From assembly GCA_046346715.1 (NCBI GenBank), contig JAXMHO010000002.1:83059-147058 (forward strand): a DNA stretch of 64,000 nt, written 5' to 3'. Numbering within the stretch: the first letter of the stretch is position 1; every line of letters begins with the position of its first letter. Origin of the DNA: Verrucomicrobiota bacterium (lineage in GTDB: Bacteria; Verrucomicrobiota; Verrucomicrobiia; Limisphaerales; CAIQOK01). A program made the translations under genes and the position numbers. Below the pieces are notes generated by a model. That model was given only the letters and a program-made list of their open reading frames with translations. It was not told the DNA's origin and ran no database searches. Positions 55,489 to 64,000 of this stretch are shown here, one piece after another.

Positions 55489-56421
55489 ATGAAAAAGACA
55501 ATGTTGCTTCTCCTGCTGCTCAGCCCCGGGCCGGTCATGGCGCAAACCACCAATCCCGCCGTCGCCTTCACCAACCGTTTCGCGACCTTCACCAATTTGC
55601 AGGGCAAGGCCTATGAGCGCGTCGAACTGGTGCGCGCCGACGCCTTTTCGGTTCTTTACCGCACCGGGAGCGGAGCCGGCCGGGTGTTCTTCACCAATCT
55701 GGCGCCGTCGGTTTTGGGCGGCCTTGGCTTTGACACCAACAGCGCCCAAACCGCCGCACGGCTGGAGGAGGAATTGAACCGCAAACGCGAAGGATCAAGA
55801 GCCGAAGAGCTGGAGCGGTCGCTGAACCCGGACAACTGGAAGGAGGTTCACGTGCGCGAACTGGTCCGGTCCTATGGCGGCGGCGTGGAATGTTCCGTGC
55901 AGGAGTTCTCGCGGCGGGTGATTCTGCGCAACGCGCCGCCCGCGCTGCTGGACTATTGGAACCAACGGCAAACCCTCCTGCAAACCAGCGCGCGCCTGAA
56001 CGCCGCCATCCAGGAGGCCCGGGCGCAGATTCAAACGCTGACGTCCGAAACCACGGCGTTCGCGGCCGAACTCAACGACCGCGAGATTCGGCAGCAATGG
56101 CAGGAGGCGACCATCGTGCCGGTGACGTATGAAGATCCGCTGCTGGCACAGTCACAAATCAACCGCGCCACCGCCATCCAGCGGGCCCGCGTGGAATTGA
56201 ACCTGGACAAGCAGGAACTGACCCGCCAGCAGCAGCAGCTCGCGAATGTGGAATTGGAACTGCCCCAGACCCAGGAACAGTTGAGCACCGTCTTCACCCA
56301 ATTGAAGAAACTGGAGGAGGACGGCGCCAAACTCACCGTCCTCCGGGTGTTTGTCAGCAGCGGAACCTATCTGGGAATTCCCGTGCTGGTCTTCAAGCAG
56401 TTCGCGCTGCCGCGGGAGTGA
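55489..56421 (+). CDS. secreted coiled-coil protein, unknown function
   Basis: ATG 55489 gives MKKTMLLLLLLSPGPVMA. The central region is heptad-like and Q/E/L-rich. Confidence 0.5.
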   Translation: MKKTMLLLLLLSPGPVMAQTTNPAVAFTNRFATFTNLQGKAYERVELVRADAFSVLYRTGSGAGRVFFTNLAPSVLGGLGFDTNSAQTAARLEEELNRKREGSRAEELERSLNPDNWKEVHVRELVRSYGGGVECSVQEFSRRVILRNAPPALLDYWNQRQTLLQTSARLNAAIQEARAQIQTLTSETTAFAAELNDREIRQQWQEATIVPVTYEDPLLAQSQINRATAIQRARVELNLDKQELTRQQQQLANVELELPQTQEQLSTVFTQLKKLEEDGAKLTVLRVFVSSGTYLGIPVLVFKQFALPRE

Positions 56422-56426
56422 ACCGG

Positions 56427-57503
<1,077 letters not shown>

Positions 57504-57544
57504 AAATTTTTGGTTTGCAACTCCTCTTCTTGGAATTGCGAGGC

Positions 57545-57573
57545 AGACTAGCGAGCCTCGCCGATTTCGTCAA
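57545..57573 (-). promoter_or_regulatory. candidate recA promoter TTGACG-N17-TAGTCT overlapped by a 7-bp inverted repeat
   Basis: The minus strand reads TTGACG (57573-57568), a 17-nt spacer, then TAGTCT (57550-57545). The inverted repeat GCGAGGC-N10-GCCTCGC spans 57538-57561. Confidence 0.4.
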
Positions 57574-57763
57574 CGCACCCGGTGGAAATATATTTTCAGG
57601 GGTGGGACGGCAATTGTCCGAGCCGTTTCCAGCGGATTTTCGAGCGACCACCGGAGATTTCCCCGGTCCGGAAACGCCGCGCCGCCGCTGCCAAAATAGC
57701 GGGAGCATTTTTCTGGCGACGCCGTCCAACCTTTCGACTATGTATCGAACACAACGCCATGCC

Positions 57764-59215
57764 ATGAAAAACAAACTGCTCCTGCCCCTGCTCTCGCTCG
57801 GCCTCGCCGCCGCGCCCGCCGGCGCCGATTCCGCGCTGACGATTTACAACCAGAACTTCGCCGTCGTCCGGGACACCGTGCCGCTGGACCTGAAGGCCGG
57901 CCTCAACGAAGTCCGGTTCGGCGATGCCACGGCGCACGTGGAGACGGACTCCGTCATTTTGCGCGACCCCGCCGGCAAACGCGCCTTCCGCATTCTCGAA
58001 CAGAACTACCGGAACGATCCCGTCAATGAACCGCTGCTGCTCTCCATGTTCGAGGGCAAGACCGTTGACTTTGTCCGTGAACGGATGAAGGACAACACGC
58101 TGGTCCGTGAAATCATTCCCGGCCGCATCATCCGCAGCGGCTACGTGCCCGGCGGCGGCACCGAACAGCCGATCATCGCGGTGGACGGCAAGCTGCAGTT
58201 CTCCTTGCCGGGCAGCCCGGTGTTTCCCAATCTCGGCGACGACACGATTCTCAAGCCGGCCTTCAACTGGCTGATCAACTCGGACAAGGCGGGCAAGTTC
58301 GACGCCGAGGTCGGTTATGTCACCGGCGGTTTCACCTGGGAGGCCAGCTACAACCTGGTCGCGCCGGAGAAAGGCGACCTCGTCGATGTCATCGGCTGGA
58401 TCACCTTCAACAATCAAAGCGGAAAAACCTTCCGCGATGCGAAGATCAAGCTGATGGCGGGTGACGTGAACAAAGTCCAGCCGCCCGCAGCATTTTTCTC
58501 CAGGGCCAAACGAATGGAAATGCTGGCCTCCGCGGTGGCGGATGAACCGACCGTCTCCGAAAAATCCTTCGACGAGTTTCATCTCTACACCATCGCGCGG
58601 CCGACCACGCTGCGGGATCGCGAAAGCAAGCAGGTGGAATTTGTCCGTGCCACCGGCGTTTACGCGCCGGTGATGTATGTCTATGACGGCGCTTATGGGA
58701 TGGGCTACGGCTTTTATGGCGGCTTGAACAACGACCGCAACTACGGGACGCAGTGCAACAAGAAGGTCTGGGTGAAGCGCGAGTTCGTGAACGCGGAAAC
58801 CAACCATCTCGGCATCGCACTGCCCAAGGGCAAGCTGCGGTTTTACCGGAGCAACGACGACCGGCAGCTGGAGTTCACGGGCGAGGACACCATCGACCAC
58901 ACGCCGCGCAACGAAACCATCCGCGTCACCACCGGCAACTCCTTCGACCTCGTCGGCGAACGCCGGCAGACGGATTTCAAGACCGACCGGGCCGACCATT
59001 GGCTGGATGAATCGTTTGAAATCAAGCTGCGCAACCGGAAGAAGGAGGCGGTCGAGTTCCGCGTCGTGGAGCATCTCTACCGCTGGAACAACTGGAAGAT
59101 CACGGCGAAGTCGGACGAGTTCAAAAAGACCGACGCCCAAACCATCGAGTTCCGCGTCACCGTCCCGCCCGACCAGGAAAAAGTGGTGAACTACACGGTG
59201 CATTATTCCTGGTAG
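57764..59215 (+). CDS. DUF4139-like (MuiA family) secreted protein
   Basis: Track ORF 57515; ATG 57764 gives MKNKLLLPLLSLGLAAAPAGA, then LTIYNQNFAVVRDTVPLDLKAGLNEVRF..., which resembles DUF4139 proteins. Confidence 0.6.
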   Translation: MKNKLLLPLLSLGLAAAPAGADSALTIYNQNFAVVRDTVPLDLKAGLNEVRFGDATAHVETDSVILRDPAGKRAFRILEQNYRNDPVNEPLLLSMFEGKTVDFVRERMKDNTLVREIIPGRIIRSGYVPGGGTEQPIIAVDGKLQFSLPGSPVFPNLGDDTILKPAFNWLINSDKAGKFDAEVGYVTGGFTWEASYNLVAPEKGDLVDVIGWITFNNQSGKTFRDAKIKLMAGDVNKVQPPAAFFSRAKRMEMLASAVADEPTVSEKSFDEFHLYTIARPTTLRDRESKQVEFVRATGVYAPVMYVYDGAYGMGYGFYGGLNNDRNYGTQCNKKVWVKREFVNAETNHLGIALPKGKLRFYRSNDDRQLEFTGEDTIDHTPRNETIRVTTGNSFDLVGERRQTDFKTDRADHWLDESFEIKLRNRKKEAVEFRVVEHLYRWNNWKITAKSDEFKKTDAQTIEFRVTVPPDQEKVVNYTVHYSW

Positions 59216-59233
59216 GCAAAGTTTCCCATCGCG

Positions 59234-59270
59234 ACGGCGGCTTCCCTCAAAGAAGCCGCCGTTTCGTTTT
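59234..59270 (+). terminator. rho-independent terminator
   Basis: Perfect 11-bp stem ACGGCGGCTTC / GAAGCCGCCGT, loop CCTCAAA, then TTCGTTTT. Lies 19 nt after the stop at 59215. Confidence 0.8.
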
Positions 59271-59341
59271 GGAAAAGTCCTCCGTCACTTAAAGACGGAA
59301 CAACACTGGCTTTCCCGGCGCGATGGGATTATTTTCCGCGC

Positions 59342-59815
59342 ATGTCAAAAGTCAGCGCCGGACTCGTGATGTATCGGGTGAGAGAGGGACAGCTGGAATT
59401 TCTATTGGCGCATCCGGGCGGCTCGTTCTGGAAAAACAAGGACACCGCGGCGTGGACGATTCCCAAGGGAGAGATCCGCCCCGACGAGGATCCGCTCGCC
59501 GCCGCCTGCCGGGAATTCGAGGAGGAAACCGGCTTCAAACCATCCGGCGACTACCTTCCCCTGCGACCGATCAAACAGCGCAGCGGCAAGATCGTGCATG
59601 CCTGGGCGTTTGCGGGCGACTGCGATGCCACGAAGGTCCGCAGCAACACCTTTCAGATGGAATGGCCGCCGAAGTCCGGCCGCATGGAAACCTGCCCGGA
59701 GATCGACCGCGCGGGATTCTTCAACCTCGCCACGGCCCGCAAGAAAATCATGCCCGCCCAGTTTCCGTTTCTGACGGAACTCGACGAGAAGCTGCGCGCC
59801 CAGGCGGCTTCCTAG
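59342..59815 (+). CDS. NUDIX hydrolase
   Basis: 157 aa. NUDIX box GEIRPDEDPLAAACREFEEETGF. Confidence 0.85.
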   Translation: MSKVSAGLVMYRVREGQLEFLLAHPGGSFWKNKDTAAWTIPKGEIRPDEDPLAAACREFEEETGFKPSGDYLPLRPIKQRSGKIVHAWAFAGDCDATKVRSNTFQMEWPPKSGRMETCPEIDRAGFFNLATARKKIMPAQFPFLTELDEKLRAQAAS

Positions 59816-61114
59816 TTATTTCAACCAGGCGGCCACGTTTTCGCCGGCCAGAATCTCCGCCACCGTCTGGCGCTTGCGCACCACGGCAGACTTGCTGCCC
59901 TTCACCAGAACCTCCGCCACCAGTCCGCGCGTGTTGTAGTTCGACGCCATGACGAAGCCATAGGCGCCGGCGCTCAACAGGGCAAGGTGGTCGCCTTCGC
60001 CCAGCTTCGGCAGCGGCCGGTCCTTGCAGAAATAATCACCCGACTCGCAGATGGGGCCGACGACGTCGGAGGAAATCGTGGCGCCGCCTTTGCGCGTGAG
60101 CGGGACGATTTCGTGGTAGGCGTCGTAAAAGGCCGGACGGATAAGGTCGTTCATCGCCGCATCAACGATGAGGAAGTTCTTCTTGCCGGTGCGCTTCACG
60201 TATTCGACGCGCGTCACCAGGATGCCCGCGTTGCCGGAAATGAAACGGCCGGGTTCGAGCAGAATCCGCAATCCCAGCGGCTGCAACAAAGGCAGCAGAC
60301 GGTTGGCGTAAATCTGCGGGGTAAGGATGTTCTTAGCCGCCGAAGACTTCCACCACTCGGCCGAACCGCTGGCCAGCGCGGGGTTGTAAACAATGCCCAG
60401 GCCGCCGCCGACGCTGAAGAATTCCAGGCCGTGCTTTTCCTTCAGGCTCTTCACCAGCGGAAGCACCTTCCGCACGGCTTCCTCGAACGGCTTCACCGCC
60501 GTGAGCTGCGAACCGATGTGCATCTGCACGCCGCGCAGCCAGATGTTCTTGAGCTTGCTGGCGCGGGCATAGACGCCCTCGACCTGCTCGAACGCGATGC
60601 CGAATTTGTTCTCGTAGGTGCCGGTCGTGATTTTGGCGTGGGTGTGGGCGTCCACGTTGGGATTCACCCGCACGGCCACCGGCGCCTGCTTCTTGAGACG
60701 CGCCGCCACTTTGTTAATCCGCACCAGCTCGGCTTCGCTTTCCACGTTGAAGGAATAGATCCCCTTGCGGAGGGCGAATTCAATTTCCGGTTCGGTCTTG
60801 CCGACACCGGCAAAGACGCACTTGCGCGGATCGCCGCCGGCGGCAATGACGCGCTGCAGTTCGCCGGCGCTGACGAGGTCGAAGCCGGCGCCAAGGTTGG
60901 CCAGCGTGCGCAGCACGGACAGGTTGGAATTCGACTTCATCGCGTAGCAGATGAGGTGGTCCAACGGAGCCAGCGCGCGGTCAAGCTTCTCAAAGTGGTC
61001 CGTCAGCGTTCCCTGGGAATAAACGTAAAGGGGCGTGCCGTGCTTCCTGGCGAGCGACTCGATGGAGACGCCTTCGCAGTAAAGTTTGTTTCCGACGTAA
61101 CGAAATCCGTGCAT
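59816..61114 (-). CDS. lysA: diaminopimelate decarboxylase
   Basis: 432 aa. YAMKSNSN (PLP Lys), GGGLGI, EPGRFISGNAG, CESGD. Confidence 0.9.
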   Translation of the reverse strand: MHGFRYVGNKLYCEGVSIESLARKHGTPLYVYSQGTLTDHFEKLDRALAPLDHLICYAMKSNSNLSVLRTLANLGAGFDLVSAGELQRVIAAGGDPRKCVFAGVGKTEPEIEFALRKGIYSFNVESEAELVRINKVAARLKKQAPVAVRVNPNVDAHTHAKITTGTYENKFGIAFEQVEGVYARASKLKNIWLRGVQMHIGSQLTAVKPFEEAVRKVLPLVKSLKEKHGLEFFSVGGGLGIVYNPALASGSAEWWKSSAAKNILTPQIYANRLLPLLQPLGLRILLEPGRFISGNAGILVTRVEYVKRTGKKNFLIVDAAMNDLIRPAFYDAYHEIVPLTRKGGATISSDVVGPICESGDYFCKDRPLPKLGEGDHLALLSAGAYGFVMASNYNTRGLVAEVLVKGSKSAVVRKRQTVAEILAGENVAAWLK

Positions 61115-61150
61115 AGGTTCAGGCGGGTTGAGAGTTCAGGATGTGAATTT

Positions 61151-61188
61151 CAAAATAAAAACCCGCCGGATGAAATCAGCCGGCGGGG
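61151..61188 (-). terminator. rho-independent terminator
   Basis: Stem CCCGCCGG / CCGGCGGG (8 bp) with a 10-nt loop, followed on the minus strand by TTTTTATTTTG. Lies just downstream of the stop at 61207. Confidence 0.7.
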
Positions 61189-61206
61189 TTTGGTAAAAAC
61201 TTCCGG

Positions 61207-62034
61207 TCAGGGTTCGGACAAAATCTTGATGCGGCTCTGGTGATATTCCTCGGCCGAAATCTTGTCGGTGCGGTAATCATCATTCAACTGCTGGAGGCGT
61301 TGTTCCTTGGAACCCGAAAGATTCGAGGCGGGAACCTCCATCGGGGTGAACGCCGGTTTTTCGACGACCTCGTTTTTGGCCTTCTTGGCTTCCTTGGCCT
61401 CCTGCGCCGCCCGCTTGGCGGCGGCTTTTTCCGCTTCGGCCTGCGCCTTGGCTTCGGCCTTCTGCCGCTTGGCGATCTCCTTGGGGTCTTCCGCGGGCTT
61501 GACCGTGGTCGTGACCGTCGCCATTTCGGGAGCGGTTTGGGGGAAGGCATTGGCTTCGACCGGCTGTGCCGCGGCTTTCCGGGCCTTCATTTGCGCTTCC
61601 GCCTCGCGCTGGGCGGCGGCCTCACGCTCCTTCTGCTGCTTGCGGGTCTCACGGATTTCCTCCTTCGCCGGAGCCGGGGTTTCTGAACCGGCCGGGATCG
61701 CCGTGGCGGAGTTGCCCTGCAGCTCCTGCAACCGCGCGCGCGTGGCCTGACGGGCCTGCTCGATCAAATCCGGGCTGACGGCGTTGGGAGAAACGACCAC
61801 CGGGGCCGGCGCGACGGGCGCGACGGGCGCAACGGGTGCCACGGGCTGCGCCGGCACCACGACCGTGGTCGCCGGTTGCGCCTCGGAGGCGGCACCACCG
61901 TGCAATTCGCGCATTTTCTGTTGCAATGCGGCGCGGGCCGCGGCCTGCGCCTCGTTGTCTTCGGCACGCAAGGTGGCCGGACCGAGAGCCGCAACGAGAG
62001 AACACGCCAGAAGAGTGTGTTTGAAAATCTGCAT
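61207..62034 (-). CDS. secreted low-complexity (Ala/Pro/Glu/Lys-rich) protein
   Basis: Signal peptide MQIFKHTLLACSLVAALGPATLRA, a (PVA)n tract, and a charged A/E/K/Q-rich region. No recognised domain. Confidence 0.5.
   Translation of the reverse strand: MQIFKHTLLACSLVAALGPATLRAEDNEAQAAARAALQQKMRELHGGAASEAQPATTVVVPAQPVAPVAPVAPVAPAPVVVSPNAVSPDLIEQARQATRARLQELQGNSATAIPAGSETPAPAKEEIRETRKQQKEREAAAQREAEAQMKARKAAAQPVEANAFPQTAPEMATVTTTVKPAEDPKEIAKRQKAEAKAQAEAEKAAAKRAAQEAKEAKKAKNEVVEKPAFTPMEVPASNLSGSKEQRLQQLNDDYRTDKISAEEYHQSRIKILSEP
61808..61843. repeat. four tandem 9-bp units encoding (APV)n
   Basis: GGCGCGACG GGCGCGACG GGCGCAACG GGTGCCACG on the plus strand, lying within the minus-strand CDS. Confidence 0.8.
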
Positions 62035-62104
62035 GATGTCTTTAATTACGCAAAAAGGCCGGCTGATGCAACAGGTTTCCCGCAGCGAAGGCCGCTCGCG
62101 ACCT

Positions 62105-63103
62105 TCACGACGCCAGCCGCTTCCAACGGCCGCGGAGCGGATAGAAAATGACGGAGCGAAACATCACCCCGCGAACTGCCGCCCGGGAAATTTTGATCCG
62201 CTGGGTGGCATCCAGAACGTTGGCCGACCGCAGACGACCCAGGGTTTGCAGGCCGATCAACACCGGCCACGCACAGGCCAGACGCACCCGCACACAGCTC
62301 CAGGGGACCGTGTTCGTGTAATCCCAGCCGGCCCGCAGATGCGCCTCCGCCCGGTCCAGCCACCGGTCAAACAAGGGCCGCAGCCGGTTTTCATTCGCCG
62401 GGTTTTGCAAGTCCGCCGGCGTCAGCCCAAGCTGCTTCAAATCCTCGAGCGGCAAATAACAACGCCCGTTCTTCAAATCCGCCGGCAGGTCGCGAAGAAT
62501 GTTCACCAGCTGCAACCCCTTGCCGAAGCGCACGCCGTCCGCCAAAAACTTCGCGTCCTCAATTTGGGCCGACGGAAACACCTGGGCGCGGCACATCTTC
62601 GTCCAAAACTCTCCAACACATCCGGCCACGCGATAAGTGTAGTCGTCGAGTTCATCGGCGGTCTGCAGCGCGATGATTTTGTCCAAGGAACTTCCGGCAA
62701 ACCGCCGCAAGTCCAATTCCTGACCGCTGGCGATGACCTCGATCACCTCGCGCACCAGCCGCCGGTCCGCCGCGGACAACGTTTGCAGGAGGGCCAGACT
62801 GTCTTCGCAACGCTCCAGCAGAATTCGTTCGGCGGAAAGTTTTTGCTGACGCGCCAGTTCACCAAAGCTCAGCGCGGCGGCGGAAGTCCCGAGGATGCGT
62901 TCCCGCAGGGATTGCAGCGACTTCAACCGCAGTTCCAGCGGGACTATCTCCGTGTCGGCAATGGTGTCGGTCGTGCGCGCGAGCAGATAGGCGAGGCCGA
63001 TTTGCGGACGGACCGATTTCGGCAGCACCCGCAGCGTGAGATAAAAGGAACGCGACACCTCCCGGAGCAGGTCGGTCAGCAGTTCGTTCGGCGCGGATGC
63101 CAT
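62105..63103 (-). CDS. squalene/phytoene synthase family protein
   Basis: 332 aa. SRSFYLTLRVLP, ARTTDTIAD, YTYRVAGCVGEFW, NILRDLPADL. Confidence 0.75.
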   Translation of the reverse strand: MASAPNELLTDLLREVSRSFYLTLRVLPKSVRPQIGLAYLLARTTDTIADTEIVPLELRLKSLQSLRERILGTSAAALSFGELARQQKLSAERILLERCEDSLALLQTLSAADRRLVREVIEVIASGQELDLRRFAGSSLDKIIALQTADELDDYTYRVAGCVGEFWTKMCRAQVFPSAQIEDAKFLADGVRFGKGLQLVNILRDLPADLKNGRCYLPLEDLKQLGLTPADLQNPANENRLRPLFDRWLDRAEAHLRAGWDYTNTVPWSCVRVRLACAWPVLIGLQTLGRLRSANVLDATQRIKISRAAVRGVMFRSVIFYPLRGRWKRLAS

Positions 63104-63134
63104 CGCGGAAATGAAGCAGGATTCGCGGGCGATG

Positions 63135-63530
63135 TCAGCTTCCCTTTGCCTTCACGCGCTGGGAAAAGCTGCCGATCCGCACGACGGCGCGCTTGTGAAC
63201 TCCCCGCGCCAGCAATTCCTCGCCGTCCCGCGCCTCGATCTGAAAATCCACAAACCGCCCGGCATGACCGATGACCCGCGCCGTGGCCGTGACCTTCGCA
63301 CCGACGGGCGTGGGCGCGAGATGCCGCAGCTCGATTTCCACCCCGACGCTCCGTTCGTCCGCGTCAAGAAACGGCATGATGGCATGGCGCGCGGTGCGTT
63401 CCAGAATGCCGATGAGGTTCGGCGTGCTCAGCACGGCGGGCATGCCGTCCTGCGCGAACTCGATGCAGTGCTTTTCCTCGACGACGAAGGTGGTTTCGCC
63501 GGCGGTGCCGGTTTTGGGATGAGCTTTCAT
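63135..63530 (-). CDS. hotdog-fold thioesterase (FlK-like)
   Basis: 131 aa. VLSTPNLIGILERTA...VGVEIELRHLAPTPVGAKVTATARV pattern, typical of small thioesterase superfamily proteins. Confidence 0.7.
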   Translation of the reverse strand: MKAHPKTGTAGETTFVVEEKHCIEFAQDGMPAVLSTPNLIGILERTARHAIMPFLDADERSVGVEIELRHLAPTPVGAKVTATARVIGHAGRFVDFQIEARDGEELLARGVHKRAVVRIGSFSQRVKAKGS

Positions 63531-64000
63531 TTCACAGAAGGCAGGGCGAGTTGATAAAATTCGTGGAGCTTGCGAGCGAGCAGTTTTTTATCCGGCAGCC
63601 GCGTTTGGTATTCCGCAATCAACGCCGGCGACAGCGCGCGACTCAAGGCGTATTCCACGACTTCCTTGTCCTTGCTCGCGCAGAGCAGCACGCCGATGGA
63701 GGGACGCTCATGCGGTTTTTTTAAATCGCGGTCGAGCGCTTCCAGATAAAAAGTCAGCTTGCCGAGTTGCTCCGGCTCGAACTTGGTGATCTTCAACTCG
63801 AAGGCGACGAGGCATTGCAGGCTGCGATGGAAAAACAGCAGGTCGAGATAAAAATCCTGCCCGCCCACCTGCAGCCGCAGTTCCTCGCCGGCGAAACAAA
63901 AATCCGGCCCCAGCTCGATGAGAAACTGCTTGAGGTTTTTCACCAGCGCCTTCTGGAGGTCACGCTCCGAGTGATCCACGGGTAGTTCCAGAAAATCGAG
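63527..64000 (-). CDS. DUF1016/YhcG-like PDDEXK nuclease; N-terminal part lies outside the window
   Basis: The track ORF begins at GTG 63979, but the frame stays open to base 64000 (LDFLELPVDHSERDLQKAL...). FYLDLLFFHRSLQCLVAFELKITKF is a D...E-x-K nuclease core. The stop overlaps the thioesterase start. Confidence 0.7.
   Translation of the reverse strand, partial: LDFLELPVDHSERDLQKALVKNLKQFLIELGPDFCFAGEELRLQVGGQDFYLDLLFFHRSLQCLVAFELKITKFEPEQLGKLTFYLEALDRDLKKPHERPSIGVLLCASKDKEVVEYALSRALSPALIAEYQTRLPDKKLLARKLHEFYQLALPSVK

Overview
64-kb high-GC chromosomal segment. The gene content (exosortase/PEP-CTERM locus, H-X9-DG prepilin-like protein, pseudopilin genes, dense short palindromic repeats) suggests a Verrucomicrobiota/PVC-type bacterium; this is inference only. 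I call 56 protein-coding genes, one tRNA-Val, a few terminator and promoter candidates, and three families of palindromic repeats. Left to right: pseudopilin genes (1-2082); M20 deacylase, flippase-like protein, GT2, NtrC-type regulator, cca, tRNA-Val; a nitrogen block with a porin, the urtABCDE urea ABC transporter and urease genes ureD-ureAB(fused)-ureC-ureF-ureG without ureE (9.8-22.1 kb); a CvfB-like S1 protein translationally coupled to a SWIM/SNF2 helicase, with a convergent Ski2-like helicase; trmL, truA, ruvX; a DUF455/ATP-grasp-like fusion; pgpA/pgsA; M42 peptidase; an AT-rich orphan gene; priA; gmhB; secreted and PEP-CTERM proteins; an exosortase-EpsI-sugar transferase-UXS operon; pssA/psd; recA; lysA; a squalene/phytoene synthase-like gene; a thioesterase; a partial DUF1016 nuclease. 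Most notable observations: (i) priA carries an in-frame insertion of about 220 codons that looks like a complete REP-associated tyrosine transposase (RAYT, HUH/Y1), bracketed by inverted GT[AG]G-type REP hairpins. (ii) Related REP/REPIN units and a second palindrome family are translated in-frame inside the SNF2 helicase and the urease gamma-beta linker, and they supply the stop codon or C-terminus of trmL and truA. (iii) The urease module looks eukaryote-like (plant-type gamma-beta linker, plant-like UreG/UreF, no UreE). (iv) Hairpins with conserved architecture but variable sequence follow each urease cistron. Long antisense ORFs in the track are treated as high-GC shadow ORFs. All homology statements come from motif recognition by eye; no searches were run.
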